From an uncultured Spirochaetota bacterium (GTDB lineage Bacteria; Spirochaetota; Brevinematia; Brevinematales; JAOACQ01): 64,000 bases of DNA. The position numbers were made by a program, and so were the translations under genes. Below the pieces are notes generated by a model that saw only the letters and a program-made list of their open reading frames with translations, searched no databases and was not told the DNA's origin. The stretch is taken from assembly GCA_963783575.1 (NCBI GenBank), contig CAWAOD010000009.1:128001-192000 (forward strand), written 5' to 3'. Positions 53,624-64,000 of the stretch are shown here, piece by piece (position 1 is the first letter of the stretch; every line of letters starts with the position of its first letter).

Positions 53624-53935
53624 CAGTCTGTTGCAAAACCCCCTGAACAGCCGGCCAATAAACCTAAAAAACCGGTAATTTCAGATTATTGAATTTTAAA
53701 AATGAATCGTTAATCAATCTCCCGGCTGTTCTTCTCTACAAGATTCACGGGAAAGCACAGTGCAGGAAGAATGTTACTTTTGCGAGCCAACAGGACGTTG
53801 GCGTGCCCGAAGATCTGTCCGAAGCAAGGATGCGAGTTACGAAGGGCCGCAAAAGTCACATTCTTCCGGAGCGTTCTTCCCGTCAATAACCCGCCCTCTC
53901 GGGCGGAATCTAATCTTAACTTTTTAACAGGATTA
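53624..53935. mobile_element. MITE-like element
   Basis: Imperfect ends cagtctgttgcaaaa / tttttaacaggatt; internal 19/20 inverted repeat 53765-53784 versus 53848-53867. Confidence 0.55.
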
Positions 53936-54027
53936 TTGATAAAATCCTGCCAAAAAGTTAAAATATAAATGAAATTAAATACCATTGAGGTTTTCAATTA
54001 TAATAAAAATAATTAGGAGATTCTCCT

Positions 54028-54825
54028 ATGAAAGGCATATTATGTTATTATTCCGGTACCGGCAATACCCTTGCGGCATGCCGCTATATGGTGAAAAATC
54101 TTTCTTCAATAGATTTCGTATTATATAATATCGCAAAAGGCGGCCCGGTCGATTTCACCGAATATGATCTTGCGGGATTTGCGGCATTCGCGGATTTCTG
54201 GGGGCCATCGATGCTTTTCCGGAGATTTATCAAATCCCTGCCCCGTCAAAAGAAAAAGCCGGCATTTTTATTCAATACTTTTGGAAGTATAAACGGGCGT
54301 ACACTTATGGCTATGGCAGGCATTGTTAAAAAGAGGGGTTTCGATATTATAGCCGAATTCGCTCTCCATACGCCGGAGAATTTTCCTGTAATGGTGGCCG
54401 GGGACAATTCAAACAGCCAGGCTCCCGATGAGAGAGAGATGAATGATTTCAATAATTTTATTAATTATTTAAGCAATTTAATTGACAGTATAAAAACCGG
54501 GAAAGATATCAAACGGTTCCCAACCAGGACAAAATGGCCGGACATAATTATTCCATCCTTACCGCGCCGGCTGGCGAGGAAAATTTCGATGGGCAGGAAA
54601 TTCCTTGATGAAAAACTCTGCAATGAATGCGGTGTTTGCGCCCAGGCATGCCCGTATCAGGCCATAAAATTGGACCCGAAACCCATTTTTAACAGTGATA
54701 AATGCTGGGGATGCTGGGCCTGTTATAACCGCTGTTTAATGAAAGCAATTTATACAAAAAATATCAGGGGTACCGGTCACTACCCCGGGCCGATTGAACC
54801 GCTGTTGAAAAAGTTAAAAGTTTAA
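54028..54825 (+). CDS. EFR1-family flavodoxin-ferredoxin
   Basis: YYSGTGNT plus CNECGVCAQACP and CWGCWACYNRC. Confidence 0.88.
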   Translation: MKGILCYYSGTGNTLAACRYMVKNLSSIDFVLYNIAKGGPVDFTEYDLAGFAAFADFWGPSMLFRRFIKSLPRQKKKPAFLFNTFGSINGRTLMAMAGIVKKRGFDIIAEFALHTPENFPVMVAGDNSNSQAPDEREMNDFNNFINYLSNLIDSIKTGKDIKRFPTRTKWPDIIIPSLPRRLARKISMGRKFLDEKLCNECGVCAQACPYQAIKLDPKPIFNSDKCWGCWACYNRCLMKAIYTKNIRGTGHYPGPIEPLLKKLKV

Positions 54826-54917
54826 CAATCATTCCCGGATTAGAACTTGAAAAAAATTATTATTCTGCATGTTTATTTATGATATCTGAAATTTTTTCAT
54901 AAACAGGTAATTATCTG

Positions 54918-54967
54918 TTGACAAATGGATAATTTTCAGTTATAATAAAGTACAGTGTACTTTATTA
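54918..54967 (+). promoter_or_regulatory. Consensus promoter plus perfect palindromic operator
   Basis: TTGACA-17-TATAAT; taataaagtaca-g-tgtactttatta (54943-54967). Confidence 0.85.
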
Positions 54968-54979
54968 AGAGGTTGAAAT

Positions 54980-55570
54980 TTGCAGTTTATTAAAGATGAA
55001 ATTAAGCAGAGAATTATCGATGCAGCTAAGGAAGAATTTCTGAAAAAGGGTTTTGAGAAGGCTTCCATCAGAACTATTTGTTTTAAGGCCAAAACATCTA
55101 AAAGCAATTTGTACAATTATTTCAAAAGCAAAGACCGGCTATTTTGTTCTATCCTGGAACCTGCTTTGACAGTGATTCAAAAAGGGTTTGAACAGGCTGA
55201 AGTCGAAGCATCCGGAGACGCTCTTTCATATACCGAGGAAAAGCAGTCGAGGAATATCGGCGTTGTGATGAATTTTGTTTATGAAAACCTGGCTGAAGTA
55301 AAATTATTGCTTTTTCAATCAAGGGGCTCAAGCCTGGAGAGTTTTAAGGATCAAATTATAGATAAATTTACAGACATATTATACGGATGGGTTAAAATGA
55401 ATTCGCCGGATAAGAATATAAGCAGGTTTTTTGTCCGGTGCGTTTCCTCTTTTTATATGACAGGTATTGAACAGACAATTATTAACGGCGCTTCAAAGGA
55501 ACAGGTGGAAAAGCATATTAACGAATTTGTCCGATTTGTTTACCATGGCTGTAAAGGTGTATTAAAATAA
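54980..55570 (+). CDS. TetR family regulator
   Basis: KASIRTIC...SNLYNYFKSKD. Confidence 0.92.
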   Translation: MQFIKDEIKQRIIDAAKEEFLKKGFEKASIRTICFKAKTSKSNLYNYFKSKDRLFCSILEPALTVIQKGFEQAEVEASGDALSYTEEKQSRNIGVVMNFVYENLAEVKLLLFQSRGSSLESFKDQIIDKFTDILYGWVKMNSPDKNISRFFVRCVSSFYMTGIEQTIINGASKEQVEKHINEFVRFVYHGCKGVLK

Positions 55571-55583
55571 AGGAGATGAAATA

Positions 55584-56468
55584 ATGCCTAAAAGAATCGA
55601 ATCAAAAACTTCAAGAACTGCGCAAATGACCTGTGGCGCAAGAGCAGTATCATACTCAGAATCAAGGGATTACTATAAAAGCGATGACTATATTTCATCA
55701 ATATTAATTCCTTCATTTTTAAAGCATTTGCTCAAATTTCCTCTTGCCCGGTATTTATATTTTCAAGGTAGTCCGAAAGGAAGTTATGAATATGTAGTTG
55801 CCCGGACAAAATACATTGATTATGAATTTGCAAAAGCCCTTCATGAAGATTATGAACAAATACTTATTTTTGGCGCCGGATTTGATTCCAGGGTTATACG
55901 TTTTCAAGATATTTCAAAAAAAAACAGGATTTTTGAAATCGATGCCCCAATCACCCAATCCTCCAAGCTGCAAAGGTATAAAGAGCTGGGAATTATAAAT
56001 CCGGATAATCTGACTTATATTCCGGTTAATTTTGACAAAGAGAATATCATTGACAGGCTTAATGAAAAAGGTTTTGCAAAAAATAAAAAAAGCCTTTTTA
56101 TCCTGGAAGGGTTGACTATGTATCTGCAGCCTGAATCCGCGGTCAAAACCTTTAAAATAATTCAGGAATTCGCAGGCGCTGGAAGTATGATAGTATTTGA
56201 TTATATTTATGCGTCTGTATTGAGAAAAGAAAATTTGTATTATGGTGAAAAAGAAATATATAAGTTTGCTTCAGGAGCAGATGAAAAATGGTATTTTGGA
56301 ATAGAAAAAGGAAGGGCGGGTGATTTTCTGGCAGAATACGGTTTTGAAATATTGAACCATATGGATTCAAATGATCTGGAAAACAAATTTTTTAAGGATA
56401 AACAGGGAAACATTGCAGGCAGGGTTAATGGAACCCATTGTATCGTCACCGCAATAAAAACGGAATAA
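55584..56468 (+). CDS. LCM-family SAM-dependent methyltransferase
   Basis: ARTKYID, FGAGFDSR, FEIDAP, LEGLTMYL. Confidence 0.88.
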   Translation: MPKRIESKTSRTAQMTCGARAVSYSESRDYYKSDDYISSILIPSFLKHLLKFPLARYLYFQGSPKGSYEYVVARTKYIDYEFAKALHEDYEQILIFGAGFDSRVIRFQDISKKNRIFEIDAPITQSSKLQRYKELGIINPDNLTYIPVNFDKENIIDRLNEKGFAKNKKSLFILEGLTMYLQPESAVKTFKIIQEFAGAGSMIVFDYIYASVLRKENLYYGEKEIYKFASGADEKWYFGIEKGRAGDFLAEYGFEILNHMDSNDLENKFFKDKQGNIAGRVNGTHCIVTAIKTE

Positions 56469-56493
56469 AATGAATCTTAAAAAGGAGTTTAGA

Positions 56494-57222
56494 ATGGATG
56501 TGAAAGATCATTACGAAAATCATCTCTGGAAATATTATTCCTGGATTTACGGAGGATTTGAAGCAAAATCGTCATATAATTCGGATTTTTTCAGCCTCCA
56601 CAATATTAAACCCGGGCTAAACAAAATTGCTCTGGATCTCGGTGCCGGTTCGGGGTTTCAATCGACAGCGCTGGCTAAACTTGGCTTCAAAGTTATAGCT
56701 ATCGATATAAGTGCCAAAATGCTGGAAGAATTAAAAATAAATTGTATTGGGCAGGATATTGAAACTGTTCAGGCGGATTTTATTGAATTAACGGAACAAG
56801 GTAATTATAAACCGGAATTGATTATATGTATGGGTGATACCCTGACACATATCGAAAGTATGGGATCGGTTGAAAAGCTTATAGTCAATTCTTTCAGTAT
56901 TCTTCCCGGAAGTGGTAAATTTATCGTTAATTTCAGGGATTTGACCGCCGAATTAAAGGATACGGAAAGGTTTATCCCCGTTCAAAGTAACATTAACAGG
57001 ATTTTTACTTGCTTTCTTGAGTATTTTCCGGAATATGTAAATGTTTATGACATCGTACAAGAAAAATCAGGGGATAAATGGGAACAAAAAATAAGCTTTT
57101 ATAAAAAAATAAGGATTTCTTCTGATAAAATCAGGGAACTTTTCATTAAAGCCGGGTTTGAAATCGAGTTTTTCGAAATTAATAATGGAATGATAACTGT
57201 AATAGGCAAGAAGCCTGAATAA
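56494..57222 (+). CDS. Class I SAM-dependent methyltransferase
   Basis: ALDLGAGSG, CMGDTLTH. Confidence 0.88.
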   Translation: MDVKDHYENHLWKYYSWIYGGFEAKSSYNSDFFSLHNIKPGLNKIALDLGAGSGFQSTALAKLGFKVIAIDISAKMLEELKINCIGQDIETVQADFIELTEQGNYKPELIICMGDTLTHIESMGSVEKLIVNSFSILPGSGKFIVNFRDLTAELKDTERFIPVQSNINRIFTCFLEYFPEYVNVYDIVQEKSGDKWEQKISFYKKIRISSDKIRELFIKAGFEIEFFEINNGMITVIGKKPE

Positions 57223-57241
57223 AAGTACCGGAGGTATTAGT

Positions 57242-58054
57242 ATGCAGGATAAAATTTTACTGGAACTTGGAAATGTCCAGAAAACCCTTCTTCTTCCATT
57301 ATGGGGGAGAGCCGTTGAAACACGGAAGGATAAACCGCTTTTGATTGACAAAACCGCTGTTGAGATCATTGATAAAATCGATTATGATTTTTCATTAATG
57401 ACGGTAAATATTAACGAAGTAAGCCGGATGGGCTGGATAATGCGGAGTCTTCACATTGATAAAACAATCAAAGCATTTCTGGAAAAACATCCTAAAGCAA
57501 TTATTGTCAATATCGGTTGCGGCTTTGATACAACATTCAATAGAGTTGACAACGGTTTGTTGAAGTGGTTCGACCTTGATATGCCGGATGTAATTGAAGT
57601 TCGAAAACATCTCATTCCGGAAAGCGGCATACAGAAATATATTTCATCTTCTTTTCTTGATGAAGAATGGCTTAAAACATTGAAACCGGACGACAATATT
57701 TTATTCATTGCGGCAGGTGTATTTTACTATTTTGAGGAAAATCAGGTTAAGGGATTTTTCAGAAAAATCGCAGACCTTTTCCCTGAAAGCGAGGTTGTCT
57801 TTGACACATCGTCAACGCTTGGGATCAAAATGGCTAATAAAATGGTCATTAAAAAAAGCGGTCTTGATGAAAAGTCATTCCTGAAATGGGGGCTTAAAAA
57901 TGCGTCAGTCCTGGAAATGTGGGATAAAAGGATAAAAATTCTTGAAGAATATGACCTGTTTAAAGATGTACGAAATATTTTTAAAAATAAGATCGTAGCT
58001 TTTATCTCGGATGCTTTGAAGATGCAGTATATGGTGCATATTAAATTCCGGTAA
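57242..58054 (+). CDS. LCM/TcmP-like O-methyltransferase
   Basis: TLLLPLWGRA, NIGCGFDT, DLDMPDVI. Confidence 0.88.
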   Translation: MQDKILLELGNVQKTLLLPLWGRAVETRKDKPLLIDKTAVEIIDKIDYDFSLMTVNINEVSRMGWIMRSLHIDKTIKAFLEKHPKAIIVNIGCGFDTTFNRVDNGLLKWFDLDMPDVIEVRKHLIPESGIQKYISSSFLDEEWLKTLKPDDNILFIAAGVFYYFEENQVKGFFRKIADLFPESEVVFDTSSTLGIKMANKMVIKKSGLDEKSFLKWGLKNASVLEMWDKRIKILEEYDLFKDVRNIFKNKIVAFISDALKMQYMVHIKFR

Positions 58055-58119
58055 TAATTTTGCTAAAACCGGCGTTTTTCTGTTAAAATAATGATCACTA
58101 TAAAATACGGAGTTTAAGA

Positions 58120-60375
58120 ATGCATCAATCAGCCGGTGAAGTTCTGCGTAATGTATTCGGGTACGAAACATTTCTTCCACACCAGGAAGAAATCATATGC
58201 GCCGTTCTTTCAAAAGATGATGTACTTGCCGTTCTTCCTACAGGAGGCGGAAAGTCAGTCTGCTACCAGATACCGGCGATCATTCTCCCTGGTTTGACCA
58301 TTGTTATATCGCCGCTTATCTCGCTCATGAAAGACCAGGTCGATCAGCTGATCAAGGCCGGAATAAATGCCGTCGTGCTTAACAGCTCACTTGAACGAAA
58401 CGAATATTTTAAAAACAAAGCTCTGCTTATCCAAGGAAAAGCCCGCATCCTTTATATTGCCCCGGAATCGCTATTCAAACCGGATATTCAATCAATGCTT
58501 TCCGGCATCAAACCATCTTTGATCGCTGTTGACGAAGCTCACTGCGTCTCTGTCTGGGGACATGACTTCCGCCCTGAATACCGGCAGTTGATCAAACTTC
58601 GATCAATTTTCCCTGAAGCTGTCTGGATAGCCCTGACGGCAACCGCAACCGGTCATGTACGCGATGATATCAAAAAATGCCTGGGCCTGAAATCGGCAAA
58701 AGTATTCATTGGAAGTTTTAACCGGAAAAATTTGTTCCTTGAGGTAATAAAAAAAACAAATGGTTTTAATCAAATAATTCAGGTTCTAAACCGGCACAAA
58801 GATGAGTCCGGAATAGTCTACTGCTTTTCAAGAAAACAGGTTGATATATTATCTGAGAAGCTTTCTAAAGAAGGCTATTCCGTAAAACCATATCATGCCG
58901 GATTGACCGATGAAGAACGCCATAACAACCAACGGCTTTTTGTAAACGATAATGTATCGATCATTGTTGCGACAATCGCATTCGGAATGGGGATCAATAA
59001 GCCGAACGTACGCTTTGTCATCCATTATGACCTCCCGAAAAACCTTGAGTCATATTACCAGGAGATCGGCAGGGCCGGGAGGGACGGCCTTGCTTCCGAC
59101 TGCATACTCCTTTATAATTACGGCGATATGCGAAAGCAGATGATCTTTATAGAAGAAATACAAAATCCGGAATTAAAGTCCTCGGCAATTAAACACCTGA
59201 ACGACATGGTTTCTTACGCCGAAAACATGGACTGCCGGAGAAAACCGCTTTTAAATTACTTCGGGGAGGTATTCCACCCTGAAAATTGCGGCGGATGCGA
59301 TAACTGCGTTGAAAAAGAAACTACCGGTTCCGAAACGGATTTGACGAAAGAAGGCAGGTACTTCCTGTCAGCAATGACAGAAGTCAATGAAAAATTCGGG
59401 AGCGAACACATAATCGAAATCCTCCGGGGCTCCTCTAGTGAAAAAATTCTGAAATTCAGCCATAACGAACTTGCATCATACGGCCTGGGCAAGGATAAAA
59501 CAAAGAAAGAATGGCGGCAAATCAGGGATGCTATGGAACAGCACAGGCTTGTCAAAAAAGACCTTGAGCAATTCGGCGTGCTTAAAATTCTGCCGGCAGG
59601 CCGGGAAGTTCTGTGCGGCACGCGAAAATTCATGGCTTTTATTGAGAAGGAAGATGTGAAGATATTCCAGCAAAACACTCATAAATCTGACTTAAATTAT
59701 GATAAAAACCTATTTGAAATTTTAAGGAAACTCAGAAAACAACTTGCAGACAATGAAAATGTACCGCCTTACATAATATTTCCCGATACTTCTCTCATAC
59801 AGATGTCAAAGGTTTTCCCGAAGAATAAAGAGGAATTCTCGCATATAACCGGCGTCGGCCGGGTGAAACTTGAAAAATATTCCGGGGATTTTATTCCTGT
59901 GATCAGGCAATATGCCAATGAAAACAAAATTTCTTCAATTTCAATTCCGGAGAATAACCGAAAAGATTATTCCATTAACGCTCAGCTAAATGGAATAAAA
60001 ACCGGGATATATAAGCAAACAGCCTCTAAAATATTGGAGGTAAAAAAACCTCCGGCACATATTAATACAGGGACATTATTTAATTCCGGCCGGTCCTTTG
60101 ACAGTATCGCCGGCGATCTTAAAATTCAAAAAGCCACAATTATTGACCATCTTCTCCGATGTCTAAAAAGCGGTTTTCAAATCAATACTTCTTATCTTTC
60201 GGGCAATATGCCACGAAGCGAGGATGAATCAAGGCAAATTCTTGAAAAATTTAGAAAAGACGGCGGCGGCTACTTGAAGCCAGTTTTTGAGGCTTTCAAT
60301 GGAAAATACGGTTATGATGAGCTGAAGATTTATCAATTGGTATTTTTCAGTGAAAAAATATCAAAGAGTAAATAA
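58120..60375 (+). CDS. recQ: DNA helicase RecQ
   Basis: PTGGGKS, DEAHCVSVWGHDFRPEY, QEIGRAGRDG, Zn, RQC and HRDC domains. Confidence 0.97.
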   Translation: MHQSAGEVLRNVFGYETFLPHQEEIICAVLSKDDVLAVLPTGGGKSVCYQIPAIILPGLTIVISPLISLMKDQVDQLIKAGINAVVLNSSLERNEYFKNKALLIQGKARILYIAPESLFKPDIQSMLSGIKPSLIAVDEAHCVSVWGHDFRPEYRQLIKLRSIFPEAVWIALTATATGHVRDDIKKCLGLKSAKVFIGSFNRKNLFLEVIKKTNGFNQIIQVLNRHKDESGIVYCFSRKQVDILSEKLSKEGYSVKPYHAGLTDEERHNNQRLFVNDNVSIIVATIAFGMGINKPNVRFVIHYDLPKNLESYYQEIGRAGRDGLASDCILLYNYGDMRKQMIFIEEIQNPELKSSAIKHLNDMVSYAENMDCRRKPLLNYFGEVFHPENCGGCDNCVEKETTGSETDLTKEGRYFLSAMTEVNEKFGSEHIIEILRGSSSEKILKFSHNELASYGLGKDKTKKEWRQIRDAMEQHRLVKKDLEQFGVLKILPAGREVLCGTRKFMAFIEKEDVKIFQQNTHKSDLNYDKNLFEILRKLRKQLADNENVPPYIIFPDTSLIQMSKVFPKNKEEFSHITGVGRVKLEKYSGDFIPVIRQYANENKISSISIPENNRKDYSINAQLNGIKTGIYKQTASKILEVKKPPAHINTGTLFNSGRSFDSIAGDLKIQKATIIDHLLRCLKSGFQINTSYLSGNMPRSEDESRQILEKFRKDGGGYLKPVFEAFNGKYGYDELKIYQLVFFSEKISKSK

Positions 60376-60461
60376 AATTTAACCATAAATGCCACTTGAC
60401 TGCCATTAAAACAAATATTATATTTAATTATCTTGAATATTTAATAAATGACGGAGGATTT

Positions 60462-61088
60462 ATGGATAATTCTAACCCATGGCTGGAAATTCCAGCTGAA
60501 ATATATGAGCATCATATGTCGGATAAAAATATATTACAAATACAAAAGCTTAACGATATTATAAAATCACAAATTGAAGATTATAAACCGAAGTATCTTG
60601 CTATCTTCGGAGTAACTACCGGAAATGGACTTGAATATACGGTAAATGTAAAAAATGTTTATGCCATTGATATTAATGACAAATATTTGAATATTTGCAA
60701 GGAAAGGTTTAATCATAATAAAAATATAAGTTTTCTCAAATTGGATGTTCAAAAAGATAATTATAATTTCGGTAAAATTGACCTTGCAATTTGTAATCTG
60801 ATCTTTGAATATGTTAATGAAGATACTATGGCTAAAAAGATTGCCGGGATTTTGCTTGAAAACGGTGTTTTGTCATTGGTGTATCAAGTCAATCAAGGCG
60901 TGGCTTATATCAGTAAATCAAAGTATTCAGATGTCTTTACCATATTGGACAAAATACATCATAATGTTAACGAAGAATTTATAACAAATATAATGAAAAA
61001 TAATGGATTAATTAAAATTAAAAAGGAAGAGTTTATTTTACCGGATAATAAAAAACTTATTAGAATTGATTTTAAAAAAACCGCTTAA
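60462..61088 (+). CDS. SAM-dependent methyltransferase-like protein
   Basis: FGVTTGNGL, AIDIN; GGAGG RBS. Confidence 0.75.
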   Translation: MDNSNPWLEIPAEIYEHHMSDKNILQIQKLNDIIKSQIEDYKPKYLAIFGVTTGNGLEYTVNVKNVYAIDINDKYLNICKERFNHNKNISFLKLDVQKDNYNFGKIDLAICNLIFEYVNEDTMAKKIAGILLENGVLSLVYQVNQGVAYISKSKYSDVFTILDKIHHNVNEEFITNIMKNNGLIKIKKEEFILPDNKKLIRIDFKKTA

Positions 61089-61094
61089 ATTTTC

Positions 61095-63725
61095 CTATTT
61101 TCCATCTTTTGGGAATAAAATGGAAAAAATGGTATGTCCAGGCCTGCTTTCTACATTTATAGTCCCTTTAAATTCGTTAACAAATCTTTTAACCAGGCTT
61201 AAACCAAGTCCGGTTCCTTCCCCGAAAGGCTTTGTAGTAAATAGCGAATCAAAAATCTTATCCATATTTTCCGGTGGAATTCCTATTCCGTTATCTATAA
61301 CCGTAAACCTTAATTGTCCGTCATTCGTCCGTGATAAAGTTAATGAAATTTGACCCCCATTCGGATTACAGGCATCTATGGAATTCTTAATCAAATTAGA
61401 GGCAATCTGGCTGAACCATCTTGGATCACCGTATAAAACCGATGTCTCATCAAGTTCCATTACCAGGTTGCATTTTACCTTCTTAAAAGCAAATTCCAAT
61501 AAATTGACAACATCCTTTAAAATCGGAGCAACTTTAAAATATTGTATCGGTGATTCGATTTTATCAGGCGTTTGAGCCTTTATACCCCTGATAAAACCTG
61601 CACTTTTTTCTGCGCTACGCATGGCTGTTTCTATATTTTTTTTCATTTCTCCGGCAATTGCATGATGATCTGCCGGAAGAACCTCGGGTGTGTCTATTGA
61701 CTGATTATATTCATCAGTAAGAGATTTTATCTGTATTAATGCAGCACGGATAGCCGCTATAGGTGTGCTCATTTCATGGGCAATCTCGGCAGACAAACGA
61801 CCCAAAGAAGCCATTATTTCAGATAAAAGCAGTTTTTCCTGATTTTCTTTTAAATCCTGATAAGTTGCTTCAAGCTTTGATTTTGACTGGGCTAATTGAA
61901 CTGCATCCGATTCTAAATTATTTACAAGAAGCGCCCCCTTCAATGCGCTTGAAAGCTGAACCCTTAATAAATCAAATACCTTTCCGTTCTGAGGGTTTGA
62001 TTCAAACAATACAAAACCTAGCTGGTCTTCCCTGAAATATAAAGGCTCGACTATCATACTGAAACGCTTATCAAGATTTAATAGACCTTCGGGTAAAAGC
62101 ATCTTAGAAGAAAATCTCAAACCTTCCGGTGCAATTTTTATTCTTCCGTTCTCATCATAGGCCAGCAAAATACGCGACCATTCCGTAGGTTTAAGAGGAG
62201 CTTCATAAAGTGCCAGGTAACATTTTGAAATACCAAATAAGGGGAATTCTCCAGCCATTATATCGGTTAAGTCTTTCAAATTGAAAGAAGTAATTAACTT
62301 TTGGGCTATTTCACTCAATTTCTGGTTTTGTGCTTCAATAACAATTCTTTTATACCCCTCAGCCTGTAAAGATACCTTACTAATCATTAAGCGGATCTGC
62401 TGAAAGAGGTTTTCAGCAGACAGTATGTATTTACCTGGCAGTAAAGGAAGGATATGCTTTCTGAGAGTTGTTATGACCTCCTGCCAAGAGATAATATCAA
62501 TATCATTCATAACCATCTTTGAGAGGATTTCATTCATTACTGAAAGGAATCTTACCGATCCCGGGTTTTCCAACCCGTCAATAAAACTTTCCTGAAGCTG
62601 TTCAATATTTTTTTCATCAACGGATACCCCGGTAATTATACCTGAAATATCATTTATAAATAGATCTTTATCTATTCCGGCTTCAATTCTCATATTATCA
62701 TCCTCCTGAGAATTGAGACTGACTGGAATTTTTAAAACCTCGGTATCAATACAACCGCAAGACTGCCTTATAATCAGCTCGGACTCTTTATTAACAATTT
62801 CAGGCACTTCTTTTCCTTCAAAAATATCCAGCAGAATATTTGCGGCAATGATGCCCTGATTGTAAAATTGCTGGGTAATAGTAGTAAGAGGAGGTGTTGA
62901 CAACACACACTCCGCAAGATCATCAAAACCTGTAACGGCAATATCGCCTGGAACCCGGATTCCCCTGTTTTTTAAAGCCTCAATAACATCAAAAGCAGTA
63001 ACATCATTAGCAGCGGCAATTGCATCCGGTTTCTGTTTTCTAACATCAAGTAAAAGATTAACTGCATTTTCACCCGAAGGTCTGTTAAAATCACCGGGGG
63101 CTACAAGATCCGGATCGAATGAAATCCCGTTTTTAATTAATACTTCCACATACGCTCGGTATCTTTCCTGCGCTTCAAGATGCGTGGAAGGCCCCTGAAC
63201 AAACGCGATCTTCCTATAGCCATGAACCTTAATCAAGTGTTCGATAATATACTTCATACCATTATAATTATCAAAAACAATTGAAGGCACACCTTCAATT
63301 TTTAATGATATACTTACAATTGGCAGTTGTTTGTAACGTATATGAAAATATCTCATTTCTTCAACCGTACTGTAAAAAATGAGCAGAGAACTCCAAAGAA
63401 CAAGGCCGTCAATGCATTCCTTGTTCGCAAGATCAAAAAGAACATTAGCTTGATAATCATAACCGAGATGTGAATTGATGGGATTTGCCGGAAAACATAT
63501 CAAATTGGCATTCCTTTTCCTGACTGCGTCATTAACGCCGGCCCATAATAAAAGGCTGCAGGGATCTTTCGTGCCATAATTTAATAGGCCGATTGTTGGC
63601 CTTTCCCTTGCTTTACCCGTTATTCCAAATCTGTTAATATCCATCGGAAATACCCCGTGTTTTCCGGTTAAGGATAGTTCCGGTTTATTAAAGCTCTGTT
63701 TTAAATGATATTTCGAACTGTCCAA
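61095..63725 (-). CDS. LacI-type ligand-binding domain fused to a histidine kinase
   Basis: HGYRKIAFV, AANDVTA, VTGFDD, PPLTTI; C-terminal IAHEMSTP, DNGIGI, FTTKPFGEGTGLGL. Confidence 0.9.
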   Translation of the reverse strand: MDSSKYHLKQSFNKPELSLTGKHGVFPMDINRFGITGKARERPTIGLLNYGTKDPCSLLLWAGVNDAVRKRNANLICFPANPINSHLGYDYQANVLFDLANKECIDGLVLWSSLLIFYSTVEEMRYFHIRYKQLPIVSISLKIEGVPSIVFDNYNGMKYIIEHLIKVHGYRKIAFVQGPSTHLEAQERYRAYVEVLIKNGISFDPDLVAPGDFNRPSGENAVNLLLDVRKQKPDAIAAANDVTAFDVIEALKNRGIRVPGDIAVTGFDDLAECVLSTPPLTTITQQFYNQGIIAANILLDIFEGKEVPEIVNKESELIIRQSCGCIDTEVLKIPVSLNSQEDDNMRIEAGIDKDLFINDISGIITGVSVDEKNIEQLQESFIDGLENPGSVRFLSVMNEILSKMVMNDIDIISWQEVITTLRKHILPLLPGKYILSAENLFQQIRLMISKVSLQAEGYKRIVIEAQNQKLSEIAQKLITSFNLKDLTDIMAGEFPLFGISKCYLALYEAPLKPTEWSRILLAYDENGRIKIAPEGLRFSSKMLLPEGLLNLDKRFSMIVEPLYFREDQLGFVLFESNPQNGKVFDLLRVQLSSALKGALLVNNLESDAVQLAQSKSKLEATYQDLKENQEKLLLSEIMASLGRLSAEIAHEMSTPIAAIRAALIQIKSLTDEYNQSIDTPEVLPADHHAIAGEMKKNIETAMRSAEKSAGFIRGIKAQTPDKIESPIQYFKVAPILKDVVNLLEFAFKKVKCNLVMELDETSVLYGDPRWFSQIASNLIKNSIDACNPNGGQISLTLSRTNDGQLRFTVIDNGIGIPPENMDKIFDSLFTTKPFGEGTGLGLSLVKRFVNEFKGTINVESRPGHTIFSILFPKDGK

Positions 63726-63728
63726 AAA

Positions 63729-64000
63729 TCATTTTTTTAGTGCTTTTTCCAGAACCTCAAAAAGTCTCTCTTTTCTGACAGGTTTGATAATCAGGTCAAT
63801 GGCGCCAAGTTCCTTCGCCCTGTCATAATACTCCTTCTCTATAAATCCGGTCAGCATAATAACGGGTATACTGGGATATTCCGTATGAATTTCCCGCAAA
63901 ATATCGAAACCGTTTTCTTCCTTCATTTTGATATCGCAGACAACAATATTTATTGAACCGGCGATCAGAAAAGCCAGGGCCTCCGGTTTGTTCGATGCTT
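63729..64000 (-). CDS. CheY-like response regulator (5' end outside window)
   Basis: VVCDIKM...GF, IMLTG, IIKP. Confidence 0.88.
   Translation of the reverse strand, partial: ASNKPEALAFLIAGSINIVVCDIKMKEENGFDILREIHTEYPSIPVIMLTGFIEKEYYDRAKELGAIDLIIKPVRKERLFEVLEKALKK

Overview
AT-rich bacterial chromosomal window. The gene set (flgI, cheW, OmpL47-type repeats, exported HEAT-repeat proteins, lipid A enzymes) suggests a spirochaete; this is inference. The left half is mostly housekeeping and envelope genes (ispH, tyrA, aroF, leuA, queF, yebC, alaA). The right half is accessory: four TetR regulators with visible operators, a MATE pump, EFR1 ferredoxins and many methyltransferases, plus asd and recQ. 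Two mobile elements have boundaries readable from the sequence. (1) An IS110-family element (39681-40967) sits in a Shine-Dalgarno AGGAG, with a reconstructable junction promoter and a structured two-module left-end RNA resembling a bridge RNA. (2) A 2016-nt group II intron (43888-45903) is inserted antisense in a panE-like gene. The most unusual unexplained structure is a pair of homologous promoter + attI-like platforms about 49 kb apart. Each heads a short array of AT-rich cassette-like genes, both arrays contain the same long attC-like palindromic repeat, and there is no integrase in the window. One cassette encodes an apparent FliG-C/MotA-cytoplasmic-domain fusion next to an orphan ECF sigma factor. 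Many CDSs carry single frameshifts, which may be assembly errors. All family assignments are by motif recognition; no searches were run.
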